Source of the DNA: Nymphaea colorata | Taxonomy: Eukaryota | Length of the DNA: 64,000 bases | Reading direction: 5' to 3' | Assembly: GCF_008831285.2 (NCBI RefSeq) | Contig: NC_045138.2 | Span: 26,598,001 to 26,662,000 of the forward strand | Shown here: piece after piece, positions 45,431-60,236 of the stretch | How positions within the stretch are numbered: the stretch's first letter is position 1 | How the letters are laid out: each line of letters begins with the position of its first letter | Notes under the pieces: generated by a model | What the model was told of the DNA's origin: nothing | Database searches by the model: none | The model's input: only the letters and a program-made list of their open reading frames with translations | Program-made: the position numbers and the translations under genes

Positions 45431-48400
45431 TTAATTGCAGATGGCCTCAACAGCTGCTCGCTTCATGATGCCTGGGCATGGATCCCCTCGGAAGGTCTCT
45501 TTTGAGACAACAACAGAGCACCACCTCTGCCCTATGCATTCCTGGAGAAACAAAGCCATAACAAATGAGCCTCGATTGCTTCAAAGTTTCAAACACACAC
45601 ACACACACACACACAGAGTGTTTGCAAGCAGACCTTAAAGGCCTCATATGAATATGTAGAATGGCAAACTCCTTGCTGGAAGCTTCCGCATGTTCCTTGA
45701 GGCGTCCCAAAGCTAGCAAACTTTATGGAAGAAATCTTCTGTCCCTCTGTGCATGAGATATGAACCTTTGGTTTTTCTGGCATTTCAGGCTTGCCAAGTG
45801 ATTTAATGTGCCAAAGAGATGGATGCCACTCTGAAACATCAGCGCATGCACTTCCTACTGTTCTCCTCACCACAGTGATTCCCGAAGGATTACCACCCCA
45901 CTCCTCAAAGATCACCAGAAGATTCCCACTTGGACGTAACCAAGAACGAGGAACATGATACCTGCCATAAAGAGTGTTAGTTTGAAATTTTCAGATGAGG
46001 TACTAGGACAGACCAAGCCACTCTTCTCACCATCTCTGAGAAGGACCGCCACAACCTGTTCTGCACTTGTTCTCATTGAAGGTTCCAACATAGCTGCAAC
46101 CACCACAGTTGCCTTTTGCAGTGTATGCAGGCCAGTAGCGTCCCACATGTTGGCCATTTACCCATATTTGACCTTTTCCCATACTAGCCATATCTAGAGC
46201 CACAGGATCTGATCCAGGTGGTGCATTAAATGTTGACTGGGTAAAAGAAATTAGCACGTCAACATCTAATTACACTAAAACAATTCAATGAAGAAGATTG
46301 CATTCAAGGACAGGTTTCGTAATGTTGGTTTCTCCAACCTTGTACCACGTTAGTGGTTGGCTTCGAACTATGTATGATCCTTGCCACTCAACAGACGAAC
46401 TCCCACTCAGAGTGTGAAGGCTCAGAGCTTCACCTTTAAGTCCAACCTGAGGAATGCACGCCTCAACAGTTATTCGCAATGTAAAAATATGTTAAACCGT
46501 GGTGCTTCAGGCATCATAATTTCAGTTAATTCTAAAAAGCTTAAACAGACCTTGTACGACCATTTTTGCCACGACAAGTCCCTTCTGCCTTCATTAAGAC
46601 CGCTTAACTGGACTGGCCCAAGAACACCAGCATTCCAGGTCTCAAAATGGTTGCCTACATTCTATCACGAAGCACAAGAAGATTTTATTTCAGGAAAACA
46701 TCTTGCTAATGCTAAATCTCATATTCGGATTATAATGTGAATGAAATTTGAGGAAACTGACCGGCAGGCCTACTGCTATACTTAGAAGTGCAATTCTGTT
46801 GCTTCCAGCCCAGAGTTTCACACTGGTAGTAAGTGTTAGCTTTGGGTTCTCTAGACTGCCATATACAGAACCTACCAATAGATAATTGCTCAGAATATCA
46901 GTGAAAGTTCAACTTGCTGAATCTATGGTATAATATATTCATAAGGGATGACCACTACCTGCAAGTTTTCCATTAATGAAGGCATGCAATGCATGACCTG
47001 CTGACATAACCGTGAGTACTGGATATCTGCCATTCTTGAGGAATTGTTCGTTTCCATTTATATTGACACTGAAAACAAAACCACAAAGAGAAAGATCATT
47101 TATGACATGAAAATCTTCTGAAATTCAAGCAACTTCTGCTTCCACCAGTGTTAGGGAATCAAATGGTTATGTGAAGAAGAAAGTTACTCACTCTGTCATG
47201 TACCACAAGTAATCACTAACGTCCCTTGTAACATTTATCTGTTCTAAAAGCCCCACAACTGTGAATGGATCATCACTGTATGAAGCAACTGACTCATCAT
47301 ATGATGCCCATGATCCAAGGTTGCTTACAGGAACCATCTGTGGACTTGTAGTTTGGACACCAACCTGTACCAGCATGTTACAATTGGTGAGCATCCAGGA
47401 CATGTCTTAGGTTATAATAAATGAAACATAAGATACTCTGTAACTTTCACCTTTGCCGTGTTAAAAACTACATTTGTACAATCAGGGAGAATGCTGATTG
47501 ACCATGGTGGGAGATTATAGTGTCTGTTCCTGAAAGTTACTGTGGCAGTGGCTTGTTGATCATAGTTTGCAAGGAAAGCAGCACAAGCCCCAGTTCTTGA
47601 GGTGAACACATGAGACTAGAGAGGCAAAAAAGGGAGTTTAATACTCCTGTAAAAGAGTTAATTTCTAGCAACCAACCAGTGCAAAGAACGGAAGTCCTTT
47701 TACCTCTTGATAGTGCCCAAGTGAAGCCACAGCAGGATCCCCAGATACCAAAGCTGGTTCACATAGCTTTATGGCCCTGTGTAGATCTTTAAGATGACCC
47801 CATTTTGGCTGCCTGATCATTCCTGTTTAAGAGATTGAAATGAATGGTTGGATCTTTGAGGCAAGAGAAATCTTATAAGTGAAGAAAAATTGTTCTAATC
47901 ATTGATAACAGCTAGAAGGCATGTCAATTGACAAAGATTGTTTTTCTGTACCATATTCATCTAAAGGAGCATCATAGTCATAGCTAGTCGCGATGAAAGG
48001 TCCACCAGCAGTTCGACCAAAGTTAGTTCCACCATGATACTGGCAAGTAGACAATGGCATATAAGTTAAATTAGCTTGAACAGTCTACGGCAGCAAAACC
48101 AAAAGATTCCGTTAATTTAATAAGAAAGCGTGTTCAAATGGTTCACAGTTCAGACAGGTCCTGAGGTACTTACCATGTAATAGTTCACAAAGGAACCCCC
48201 TTTCTGTATGAAACGGGCAACAGCAAATGCCATGTCTTCAGCAGGCCGTTGGGGAATTGCTCCACCGAACTCCGTATACCTGGTAAGAACCAACCAATCA
48301 AGAATCTCAGTTCATAAGTCACGCTGAATATGAACCATTTTCGGAGAAACCACACAGTTGGTTAGATAGAATACATAGCAAAAACGCTGTCTGCCCGCAT

Positions 48401-50203
48401 AGTAGGAAATGAATGTGAATTCAGAATATGCTAAATTAAACAAACTGCAAATACTACGAACAAAGAATTACCATCCAGTCCACGCTTCTGTCCACATCTT
48501 GGGCTTGTATGGCTTGTTGGGAGTGAAGTAGTCGCAGTAATAACCATTGCATGCATTGATCTGTCAAAATGTTGATCAGGAAGAGAGCGACAAATCTTAG
48601 CGACAAGACTTAAAACAGAATCGTTTTAGACTTTTCAACAGTTGACTGTTAATCCACGGGGAAGGAGAAGTATAAACAGCTTAAAGCGGAACCATGTCAG
48701 CCAATCTAAGATGAACGGGAAAATCTAGTCAAAGTTCCTGTCCATTAATACCCTGAAAGCCATACGAAACTGGTTTTTGTTCCCGACACCAGAAATTTTT
48801 CCTTTCGTATTCCTTTTCTGGCAAACAGGGATTAGAAAGACAACCGCCAGATTATGCCCAAGAGATGTTCCCTCGTGGTTTACGGTTACAAGTTCAAAAA
48901 CCAATTGTGCGGTACAAAGGCACAGTAAAAACTACACCAATTAACTTTAAAAGAGAAAACTTACAATCGGATCCGGGGCGTCGTCCTGCTTGCACATAAC
49001 CCATGGAACCCCTGTACCAAGTGAGACCGCCATGTTTGCAGCCCAAGCTGTGTATGCCTTGCCAGGAGCCCCAATCTCCCATTCCTCGGGACCATATTCA
49101 TTCTCAATCTACGAATGCAGAGCAACCAACAAATTACTACAGAAAAGAAAGAGAAATACGCCGCCCTGTTTAGTCGTCAACTGAGATATTAATCGAACAT
49201 CTATACCTGTGACAGGATGATAGGCCCTCCTTGAGATTGAAACAGTCTCTCAGCCTTCATCATGTTAACTATTTTCTGAGTGAATCCCCTCATTGCCGCC
49301 TTCAAGATTAGAATAAAAGCAACACATTAGCACCCATCTTCTCATTTCATCAAAACTAATAAATATGCAACCAACTCCATTTAAAGCAATGAAAATGAAC
49401 ACACCTTGAAAGGCTCATTGTTAGTTCTAAAGCTGATACCAGGTACATATTTCAGCCAAACTGGAAACCCGCTGCAATGTAACACATGTTCACGTATAAA
49501 TAAAAAAAATCGAAGATATTATAGTAAATATTAAACAAGTATTTATTTACTTATATATTCGTGATGTAAGATGAGAAGAAAAACTGACCCAAAATTCCAT
49601 TCGGCGCAAACATAAGGACCAATGCGCAGATGAACATAAAGGCCGGCTTGCTGCACCAGCTTTATGAACCGAACAAGATCATATCTTTCCTCAAAATAAT
49701 ACTGCAAGATAGATGTTGGAAAATATGAAAATGCAAATGAAACTCCTCTAAAGAAGAAGGAAAGATTTTCGTGAAGAAGCAGAGTGAAGAGGAAAAGGTT
49801 TGTTACTCTTCCAGGAGAAGGCTCATGGCCATTCCAGAAAACGTATGTTTGGATGACATCCAAACCTCCATCCTTGGCTTTCTGAATCAGGTCCGGCCAC
49901 ATCTACAAGACCCCAACAAAGTTTAGTTTTAGTTTACTTTCATTCTTTGTTTTTTTTTCTCTTCTGCAGAACATCCAAAAAAAAAAAAGGAAGGGAGAAG
50001 CCAACATCCCCATTCCCACATTTTCCTGCAGAATGTACCTCAGGGGTGCTCCTTGGGTAGTGAATGGACCCAGAGATGAGGATTCTCCTCTGGCCATTGA
50101 TGATGATCGACGTGTGGTCGTATGTAACAGAGGACAAGACAACCCCTGTTAATGTGGCCAACATGAACAACCATGATAACATGGTGGCTTCCTTTCTCCA
50201 CAT
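45431..50203 (-). CDS. BGAL: Beta-galactosidase (GH35) with C-terminal galactose-binding lectin domain; 19 exons: 50203-50039, 49902-49807, 49701-49589, 49471-49405, 49299-49207, 49108-48965, 48560-48472, 48279-48174, 48039-47952, 47822-47704, 47615-47451, 47364-47192, 47068-46959, 46871-46762, 46661-46551, 46446-46339, 46236-46031, 45961-45634, 45541-45431
   Basis: Signal peptide, then VTYDH...[97 protein letters not shown] and [18 protein letters not shown]. The frame is intact across all introns. Confidence 0.97.
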
Positions 50204-51596
50204 TCTTCACTTCTCCTTCACTCAGAAGAGAGAAAGTTGAAGAAAACACAACAGTGATTCTTCTCTTTTCTTCCTTTCTCTTCTCCCTTCCCAACTATTC
50301 CCTCCCTTTTCTTTCTCTCTCTCGTCTCCTCTCCCTCCCTTGAAGCTTGTGCTCATTTTGGGTTGGATTCCCTCCTTTTTAAAGCAGAGGAAGGGACCCC
50401 CTCATTGGTCTGACGTGATTCATCATCCTTCAATTTTTTTTTGGTGGGTTCTTATTGCCTTTTAATCCTTCACCATTAATCTAAGAAAAAAAAAATCTCC
50501 ATTGCCATTCTTTTTAGCTTAAGCAACCACGTCACCTGTCCGTGATTTATTACAAGAATTCTACAGTTGAGAGGGGGAGAAATCGATCTGTGGTCGCCTG
50601 TGACTGGGTTGGCCTCTTAAATTTAATTTTTTATTTTCAGAAATCGTGGCTACTAAACTTATCTAGTCAGACGAAAATACAATTTTTAAATAAACAATGG
50701 CATTCTGATGTCACAGATAATTCAACTCATCAAACAATTAAATAAAACTACCTGTCAACGGAGCTCCTACTTACAGTATCTTCTTCCCCCCACCATCCAA
50801 ACTTTTTCCGAAAATACCAGGAAACTAAACAACGAAAAATGATTCGACAGCCGTTCTACGCTCTTGAACTTCTCCCTTTAATTGTTGTCTTTCAATTTGT
50901 TTACTTTTAATGACAAACACAGTAACAGAAGAAGAGATTTTGAATCCATGATGCATGTCTACGAGATACATGACAGGTTCTTGGGTTTTAGGAGAGAAAG
51001 TAGTTCATTAATAAACGGTGACGCTTTTCTTGGCGTCCATATTTGTCTTACAATGCACGGAAGGGGATAAAAGTGAAGCTTCAATTTTATTACTAATTAT
51101 TGGACAACAATATGCGATTCATTGCGTACTGATAGATATCATGAGAGGACTATAATGGGATGGAGAGAGAATCTCACAGCCACGAGTGAGTCCAAAGCAC
51201 AAGCATATAGATAAAAAAACTAGAGAGAGAGAGAGAGAGATTGTATAACTGTTTTAAATAACTTGTTTATGAGGTATAGTGTTTAAGACATAACTTGATA
51301 GTTGGTGAAAGTCTGATCTATAAGCTCCATTTATGGGTTTTACTCTTTTAGATCCTAAACAACAGATGCACAATTTAGTTGATAAGTGTATCTGTTTCTA
51401 CTCAGGTCTCAAAGTAACTCTGAACCTCAAAAGCAAGAACAAAAGAGGAAGAACTTCAACCTTTTTTGCTTCATCTAATTGTGTTGAAGATGCTATTATC
51501 TTTATTATGACAAATAAATATTGAAGTGTTAAATGTAAACTACTCCTTCACGTCTTTTCACTTTAACAATGGTTTCTAAGAGTTTGGTGCACCTGG

Positions 51597-51704
51597 TTGG
51601 ACTAATGGCTAGTTAGCAAACAAGTACTAATTTAATTAAATTTCAGAGGGATTGGACTAGTGGCTAGTTAGCAAACAAGTATTAATTTAATTACATTTCA
51701 GGGG
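51597..51704. repeat. Tandem duplication, 55-bp unit x2
   Basis: ttggacta.tggctagttagcaaacaagta.taatttaatta.atttcag at 51597 and 51652. Confidence 0.92.
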
Positions 51705-54700
51705 GAAGCCGACCCATGGGAGAACTAAGCGAACATAAGAATGATCTTGAGAGTTTTATGACTTAAGCAAACTACTAAGTCTCAGACTTGGGTGCTTTCC
51801 CTTAAGTAAATACAAAAAAAAATAAATTTCTACTCATATAAAACATATGAACTCTATGTCAATATGGGATCGCTCGAGTTACAGACTATTTTTGAAAATG
51901 CTGGGGGAAAAAATCTTAAGACTATTTTTCCAGCCTTGTCGGGCTTCCATCTCCTCAGACGGATTACTTTTTTCCGGCACTTCTTTGCACAAGTCATCCC
52001 GGAAAGCGGGGACATATAGTCAGATATCAGGCCATCGAACTTATCCGTCCGGTGATAGTTTTTCCTGGACAACAGCACTTATCCAACCAATCAAAAGGGG
52101 CCCCAGGAAGCACATTTGTGAATATAAAAGAACTAAAGAAAGAAAGAAAATGAAATGCAAGTTGGCTTCCTCATAAAAGAAGCGTTGGCTTTGTCAACAT
52201 CTTGATCCTTGTAACTACCTTGGGAAAATGAGATGCATAAACAGGAACACCAAAGTTGAATGTGTGAGTCCAACACAACAAAGAAAATGCTTCTACAGAT
52301 GGCTAGCAGATATCCAAAATTTTCTCGATACTGTATCTGTCTAAAGATAAATATGAACACAAGAAATTCTGATCCCCATGTGGATGCCATAAAGGACCGG
52401 ATGGTAGGCAGCTAGTTTTCATTTTGAATTTTTGGGACATCAAATCCATGTACTTCAAAAGAATGAGCCATTGCGTTGCAAGTTAAAACGGGGGTGTCAC
52501 CCTGAGGTACCAAAAGTAGACCTTGTACTATATGGGATATTAATGGGTTGGGTAGGAGCATCAGCCTTTTGCTCGATAGTGAAAAACGTCAGTCACACGA
52601 AACACAAGAAACTCTGAACATTTGAGATAAATTTCACCCATTTTCAGGATTTTTGAATAGGGAGAACACCATGAAGGTCAAAAGAAAGTTACTAGCATTG
52701 GTTGGTGTTTGATGACAGCCATCCATTCACAATCTACCACCAATATGAATCCAAAATCTTACGTGTTTGGTGTTACGGAAATGTTTACCTATTGTCAACC
52801 ATGCCTACCAAAACCAAGATTTGTGAAATATTATTTAGCCCATACAACACATTGGGCGGCAAGCCGATCCACTCCAAGGGAGCCTCTATTATGAAATTTG
52901 TGGTCGTTGTCATGACTCATGCACTACTCTTACACTATAAAAGGTCCCGAAACATACAACCTCTCTTCACTTAAAGTGATCTGCATTCAATTGGTAGCAT
53001 ATCTATTTGATTTATTGGTCGATACCCAGATGCCACCTATCATATATTATTTAATTTTTATTATTTAAGAATTAAAATTTTTTATTTTATTTTTAATTTC
53101 ATTCATTTTTTTAAGTTTCACAACATTTTGAGAAAACAATTGAGACTTGCTTGCGTGCATTAGCAAGGCAAATAGGCAATGTGTTGGTTGTCCCTCCATT
53201 TAAAGCACTATCTAGTATCTACATGTTGCTTTTAAACTAAGCAAACTTGGGTTTCCTCTTATCAAACTTGCATGTGATAGTTGTTACAGAAATTGACTGA
53301 GAAGGAGGAAATTTAAATTCTCATAAAGATATATTTGGTTTTTGGCAGCTCAGCAAAAATATGCTTCAAGTGTTTGAAATTTCTTTCTTTTTCTCACACA
53401 TTTAATACACAAACACAGAAGTTGCACCTGCTTTTGGGATTATCTCGAAATCCAGCTATTTCCAACCTTCCAACTGCTCTATTACGTTCATTGACAGCAA
53501 TAAATGAATTTTATAACTCTTTGAAGAACCAGAAAGCTCATAAACCTAAAAAAAAAATGCACGTTTACTGGGAAAACGGAGCATGGTAAGGAAAATTCTG
53601 AGTAAATTATTAATTCTAGCCCACGCAAAGTCAAAATCTGAATGTCGATCTCTAGATGAAGAACATTTATATTCATAACAAATAAATAACTTAACGAATT
53701 AGAAAAGGGTTGCTGGGAAGAGTCAAATGAGGTTTGGTGGAAGAATCCACTAACTACCCATTCAAGCCACTAGGAGGGTCGAACGTACATGGGGTTATCC
53801 TCACATGGCTTGGTGGTTGAGACTCCATTCATCCATCAATTCCCCACTTTCAGTTAGTCAATCTTTAATATATATATATATATATACACACCCATAATTT
53901 TATTTATTTTTCTATCAACCATTCCAATGGATTATATGATTTTCATGAATGAGTTGGATGATTCTGAATAGCTAAAGTCACCGTTCAATTTTTTATATAT
54001 TGTGATCATATCTTAAAATATATATATATCTTGGTTGTTTGATTTTGCCTGTTTTGATCATTTGGCTCAGAAAAGGTTAAGGTCTATTTAATATCACATT
54101 CAAGTTAACTGTATCTTATTTGACCAAATTACTGAATAATTATGTATTAATTAATCTTACATGATACTGCTTCAAAAGCAATTTCATTCCAATAGTGCAG
54201 CTTTTAGGGAGCTTTTGATCACACAAACAATGCCTCTAACAGAAACATTAACATAATTTTCTATGAATCTATGCCAAAGTGATTCATGAAACACTGTGTC
54301 ATAGTATTCCATGAATATGCTTTAATCTTTGTAATAGAATGAACCGTTACAAATGTTCTTATTGCCGAAGGCCTCATTACGGTTGTAAATTTATAAGATT
54401 TGGTTCTGACATTTTGTCATATTATGTTTTTTTGGGTGGTAAGGATGAACCTCTTGCTCACCCAGAAGATCGGGTATCAACATTTTGTCATTTTTTATTT
54501 TGCTAAATTATAATTTTAGCTTTTGCACACCTGAACCATTGACATCCTAATGAGACACGAGCGAGAGCAAGATGACAGGTGAAAATGCCGAAAATAGAGT
54601 GTAAAGAAGGACTTCTGTTGAATGTGAAGCAATTATGATATGAAACAGTTGCTTTCAAATTAAGGGTTGGAGCTAACTTTCATTCTTTTTGGGAAAAGAA

Positions 54701-54946
54701 GTGCTATCATAGTAATTCAAATTATACATGAAACAACGAATAGCAAATGCTCATTGATCGTTATCATTTTTGGTTTAATGAAGGATGTGACGTCTACATC
54801 CTCCTTATCCCCTTGAATGCTAGGTCTGCTTTCGGTGCTTCGTGGTGACATCATTGTTATTCTTTAACTTGCATATAGACGCATTTCTTTTTAACAGTAT
54901 AGCAAGTTGACACCCGAAAAATTGAAATAGAGATTGTCTGCTTACT

Positions 54947-55155
54947 CAAGGGTGGAGGGAAGGGAGAGCCGACAGTGGCCTTGGCCCCCCCCCCTCTCAT
55001 ATTTTAAAAACTTTAAAAATTTATACGTAAATCTAAACAATTTTAGTTTAATATATATATAAAATTTGAAAATTTGTATTTTGCCCTTTGTTGAAATTTT
55101 GAAACTACAGTCTAACCCTTGCGACAAAAATTTTTTGTCTCCTCCTCCTCCCCTA
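54947..55155. mobile_element. hAT-type MITE with an 8-bp TSD; related fragment at ~25175-25300
   Basis: Flanks tgcttact / tgcctact (7/8). G-rich left end caagggtggaggg and C-rich right end tcctcctccccta around an AT-rich core. Confidence 0.7.
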
Positions 55156-55349
55156 TGCCTACTAGCCCGTTCCATCATTACCCCAACCTCTTGAAAGAAG
55201 ACTTTGGTGTTAATTAAGGAGCCCCCAATCCAGAAGCCTTTTAAAAATTGAGCTACATTGGTCTGTTCAATCAAATCACAAGCAATAAAAGGTGGGAAGT
55301 ATCATACTTTATGCTTGTACTTTATTATTTCAATTATGTTAAGCCAATT

Positions 55350-55486
<137 letters not shown>

Positions 55487-57920
55487 CACTAGATTGGTAG
55501 TCTTCCTAAATTCAATTTAATTAGTAAATTTACAACAAATTTTTCATAAAAACAACATTAGTTAAAAAACTCCAACAAGAAAAATAACAAGGTTGGTACT
55601 TCAAATACAGTATTACTGATCAAGGGTGAAGAAATTATATTCATAAAAAGTAATTCGTATGGATGTCCCAATGCATGGTAGGTGTCCCGAATAAATCCAA
55701 CGAGTACCAATCCATAAATCTAATCAAAATTGAAAAAAAAACAGAAAACAATAAAAAATGAAATACCCAAAAATTAATTATATCAAAAAGGTTTTTTTTT
55801 TTTCAAATGATTTTTGTTGGTAGTGAAGTGTGACGTGTGCCCAGCGACTTCTTAAATCGTGTGACAATTTCGACGGTTGTTTGGTTGATGTCACCGTCGC
55901 CAGCGTCAGGATTTTGACGCCCATTCAGAGCGGAAAAGAAAAGGGAAGAAAAAGTTTCACGTGAACTCTTTGTGACGCAAGACGCAAGAGACGAGTAAAA
56001 TAAAGCAAATGAAAACAAAAAAAAAAGAAAAAAGAAAAAAAGAAAACAGGAATTCGAATTATTTTTGCAAAATTTCGAAGCCACGTTTTGGATGCATTTG
56101 CAACGGCACGGATTCCATGCCAAAGCACAAAGCAAGCAAGCGGGTGGACATATCCCATTTTCCATAACCTTTGGCCTGGTCCCCTTGGCGCCAGTAAATT
56201 TAACGGATTCTTAACGTTATAATCTAAACACACTCGATACTTTCTCTAAAGGTGAAATTCACAACCTTCTGGTAATAGACGAATTCTTAACGTTATGTCG
56301 CTTCAAAGGATAACTGATCACATTGTTAATTCGATTTCTACGGGTACTATGCTTTTCTGTAACTTAATCTTACAAATTGGCGAGCATTGCGATTTTCAAA
56401 AGGCAGATATTTTGTCCGAGACGTGGGGTGTCCTAGAAAATTGGGACAAATGGCAGGAGTGAGGGACATAAGGTGGGAGATCTGATGGTCTGCCTATTGT
56501 ACTCGGCATTGTTGTCTGGATTCTTGGCCTGTTTGCTGGAGACAAGATCGACTTCCCGTGACCCATTCACCAAACACCCATGTCTGGGCACAGGCAGAGT
56601 CCTATCGGTTCCGGGCCGGACCGGCACGTGTCTGTGCCGAACTGGACCCACCCATTTGTAGTTGTTCACCTTCTTTTTGGCTGTACCCATCTCAATTATC
56701 TATAAGGAAATCCAGATCTATTTACTAATGGGATTCAAATTTTGTGTCCCAGTTTCATAATCGAATCTGAATTGGAACATATAAACATTAGACCTTACGC
56801 TAATCAGATCTAAAAAAAGGTCAAAATTCAAGTCTTGATCCAAATCTAATTACAGAACATTCAAACAAATAAAAGTCGGAAAAAGTAGTTGGATCAGACT
56901 TGAATCCAAGCTTTCAATCAACAATTGATGCGCCTCTGTTTTACACTTGTATGAAAACACGCAAGCATTGAGTTTCCTTTTTATCATCTTCACTTCCATA
57001 GTCAACAAAGTATGATTTGTTTGGGCAGCGGAGTCGTTCATCAGCATTCATATTTTCTGGCTTTACTTGGGTTTAAACACAATCATATTCATAGTCATTT
57101 AAAAAGAATATTTTATTCCTTTCTCGGTACAACAGTTACTGCCTTTCAGTCTTATTAAATATATTTGTCTATTAAATAATTGAAGACTCCTTCACTATGT
57201 TTTAGGTTGAGTATTAAATTCTTTTTATGTAATATATTAACTTTTGCAGTATAAAAGGTTATTGTCACCAGAGTCGGAAAATTTTCATTGTCATTTTTAA
57301 GAATTCAAGTTAATTTATCGTTTTCAAATATATTAAAAAAAATCGAGGTTTTGATTGGGCTGATCTGAGTTGAAAGAACGATGAGCTAGCTAAGTGCACG
57401 AGGGCCCTCTGTTCATACGGTCATAATCATGACCAAACTCGCTTGGTCAATCTTCTACGTCTGCGTGTGGTCGTATCGAACCCAATCAGGTTCAGTGCTT
57501 AGCTAGATTCCACATGTTGGGCCCATCATGTTATCCAAAACTTAAAAAATGTATGATCATTTCCTGCCGCACACCTAATTTCTCCTACCTAAATTTTATT
57601 AGAAGGCGTCTTCTACTTAAAGTCTTACAATCACTGTTAAATATACATATAAATGTAATTATAAACATAAACACAAATATATATATATATACATAGGAAA
57701 ATGGGTAGGTGACACTTAGGTGCTAGATTTGTAAGAAACAATTTCAACTTTTGAAGTTGAGAGAAAAAAAGGGAAAAAATTTGTGAACTTAATATTATAT
57801 AAGGATAATGTGCATTTTGAAACTGACATTTTCAACTTTTCTTTCTTTCACTCTTTCACTTTTTTTTTTCCTTTTCAAGAACATCCCCTTGCCTTAAGAT
57901 TGGTAGATCTTAGAAAGAGA

Positions 57921-57923
<3 letters not shown>

Positions 57924-57969
<46 letters not shown>

Positions 57970-57991
57970 GTGTGTGTGTGTGTGTGTGTGT
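57924..57991. repeat. Compound microsatellite (AT)n...(GT)n
   Basis: Read directly from the sequence. Confidence 0.93.
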
Positions 57992-59599
57992 CTTGGTGCT
58001 CTTGATTTGTGAACCATATAATATTGTGATATTTTATGACATGTACCGATAATCCTAAACTTTATGTCCGTTTCCATGGTTGCCTGGCCAAACATCTTGC
58101 CGTGCTTTCATGCCAATCTCTTTTATTGGTGTTTATGACCCTAATATCAATATTTGATCATGATATGCCATGCACATGGTAAGAAAATGCAAACCAGCTT
58201 CAGTTGGCACCACAGGATCAGCACCTTCTCCTCCTCCTAATGGGCCAATACATTGCGGGCCTACCGGAGGCCGGCGAGCTTCTGGGTCCCATGACGGCCG
58301 GCGGGCCGGCCGTGCACGCCTCTCCTGACCACAGGAACATGCATGCTTGCCTGAATGATCGCAATCAGTTTACAACAAAAAAAAAAAGATGAAGGAGAAG
58401 AAGGCTGAAGTTCTAAGATAAAGCTCCACATCCTTGTCAGCCAATTTTGGTCCCTCCCTTCTTATCCTCTAAACGGATGAAGAAGGCCATGTTAGCAATA
58501 ACTGCCCAACTGCTAGGCCAATTCCTGCCTCATATTTTCCATAGGAATGGGAAAGAAGAAGATGAAGAAAAAAATAAAAGAAGTGTTGCTCTTGAATATG
58601 GGAAACTTATTATATTATAATTGAAGCAATATGTATTTTTCTATCAAGAGTTCTGGGGACAAACGCTTATAAAATTGAAGTGCCATGTCTTCTTTATGCT
58701 TTCTTTTATTCTGTATTCATTTATTCTTCTGCAACTTGCAGGCATTGGGACATGAGACGGATTTGGTTCAGTGCATTGGTCTGTTCATAGTCACCTCGCT
58801 CTTATCCATCACTCGATCAAGCTTCCTTCTTCATGTGAAGCATTCCATTCTTGCACGCATTCTAAGAAACGTCAAGCAAGTTAGAGAGCACAAGCCTCGT
58901 CCCCACTAATTTCTTCTTGATTTCTCGTCTCCTCAAGGATTTAAAAAGAGAAAAAGAAGACGAGGAACATCTTTCTGTTAATAATTTCTTATTGGTTTAT
59001 CCTTTCGGCATTAAAGAAACAAAAGAAGAAGAAGGCATCTCTTCCTCTATCTGTGTGGATTTTATATTTGCAAGACTCTTCCTGCGAAGTGGAGAGATTA
59101 TTGATGTTGTGAAAGCTCAAGATAACTAATTTTCGGAAGGATAATGATCGGGGGAGCTAGTATCTCATACATACGTGGAGGTCGCGGCGGTTGATGAGAA
59201 GGATCCAGAGTCTCTAGCTAGCTAATGCTTCTTGTTCAACGTTTCTGTAAAGCAAGGGCCCGCAGCCATTATCCACACCTATGGAGCTCTGTTAGCCACC
59301 AATTTCTTCCTTCCTTCATTTCTTTTATTTCTTGAATATTTTGTTGTCTTTGGCTCCAAAACTCTCAGGACAAAACTTGATGTAATCCCTCTCGAGATAA
59401 CCAATACCAAGAAACCAATTCTATACCCTTGAAATGTGTAAGATGTGCTTAAATTTGAACAAAAGTAGCTGTAGTTCCATACATACCATGTTTCCTACCC
59501 CATTATGAGAAAGAACATATATTATTCCCATTCTCAGTTCTAGTTAGAACAATAAGGTAAAACTCCTATGCAACTTCATGCATGCATGTATGAATACAT

Positions 59600-59800
59600 A
59601 TATATACATCGATGGTATATTTTTCATTGAAACAACTTGAATTAAAATATACTTTGCAGCAAATTAGTGTCATTACAAAAATATCAGTATATATATATGT
59701 ATATGTTTATACGTCGATGGCATATTTTTCATCGAAACAACTTGAATTAAAATATACCATGCAGCAAATTAGTGTCATTATAAAAAAATATAAGTATATC
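59600..59800. repeat. Tandem duplication, ~105-bp unit x2
   Basis: tcgatgg.atatttttcat.gaaacaacttgaattaaaatatac..tgcagcaaattagtgtcatta at 59609 and 59714. Confidence 0.92.
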
Positions 59801-60028
59801 GAATAGGATTTGAAGAATAAGAAAAGATGGGGGTCAGTATGACTTCTTAGGCGGCTAGGCAGTTTTAATATGTAAATAATTTGATGATGATTGTGTTAGG
59901 TGTGGGTGTTAGCGGTGTTGAAATGAAAGTAAAACAGTGAAGTGGGTGTTTTATAAAACATATGAGACAGAGGGGCTCTTTGGCGTTAGGAACGTCGAGC
60001 AAGTGTTTCACGCATCTATTAATTAACG

Positions 60029-60236
60029 CAACATTTGTACAAGAGTTTGAGAAATCTTTCTAATTTTTGAATTATATACAACATTTGTACAAGAGTTTGA
60101 GAGATCTTTCTAATTTTTGAATTATATTTATAAAACACTAATGAGGTGTTTCTAATTTTTGAATTATATACAACATTTGTACAAGAGTTTGAGAGATCTT
60201 TCTAATTTTTGATTTATATTTATAAAACACTAATGA
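60029..60236. repeat. Nested tandem repeat (three copies of a 50-bp core, two with an extension)
   Basis: caacatttgtacaagagtttgaga.atctttctaatttttga.ttatat occurs three times; copies 2 and 3 are followed by ttataaaacactaatga. Confidence 0.9.

Noticed and set aside
49300..49302. Non-canonical splice site in BGAL (AAG acceptor)
   Set aside because: It is still an AG acceptor; the exon is in frame and of the expected 93-nt size, so it is unremarkable.
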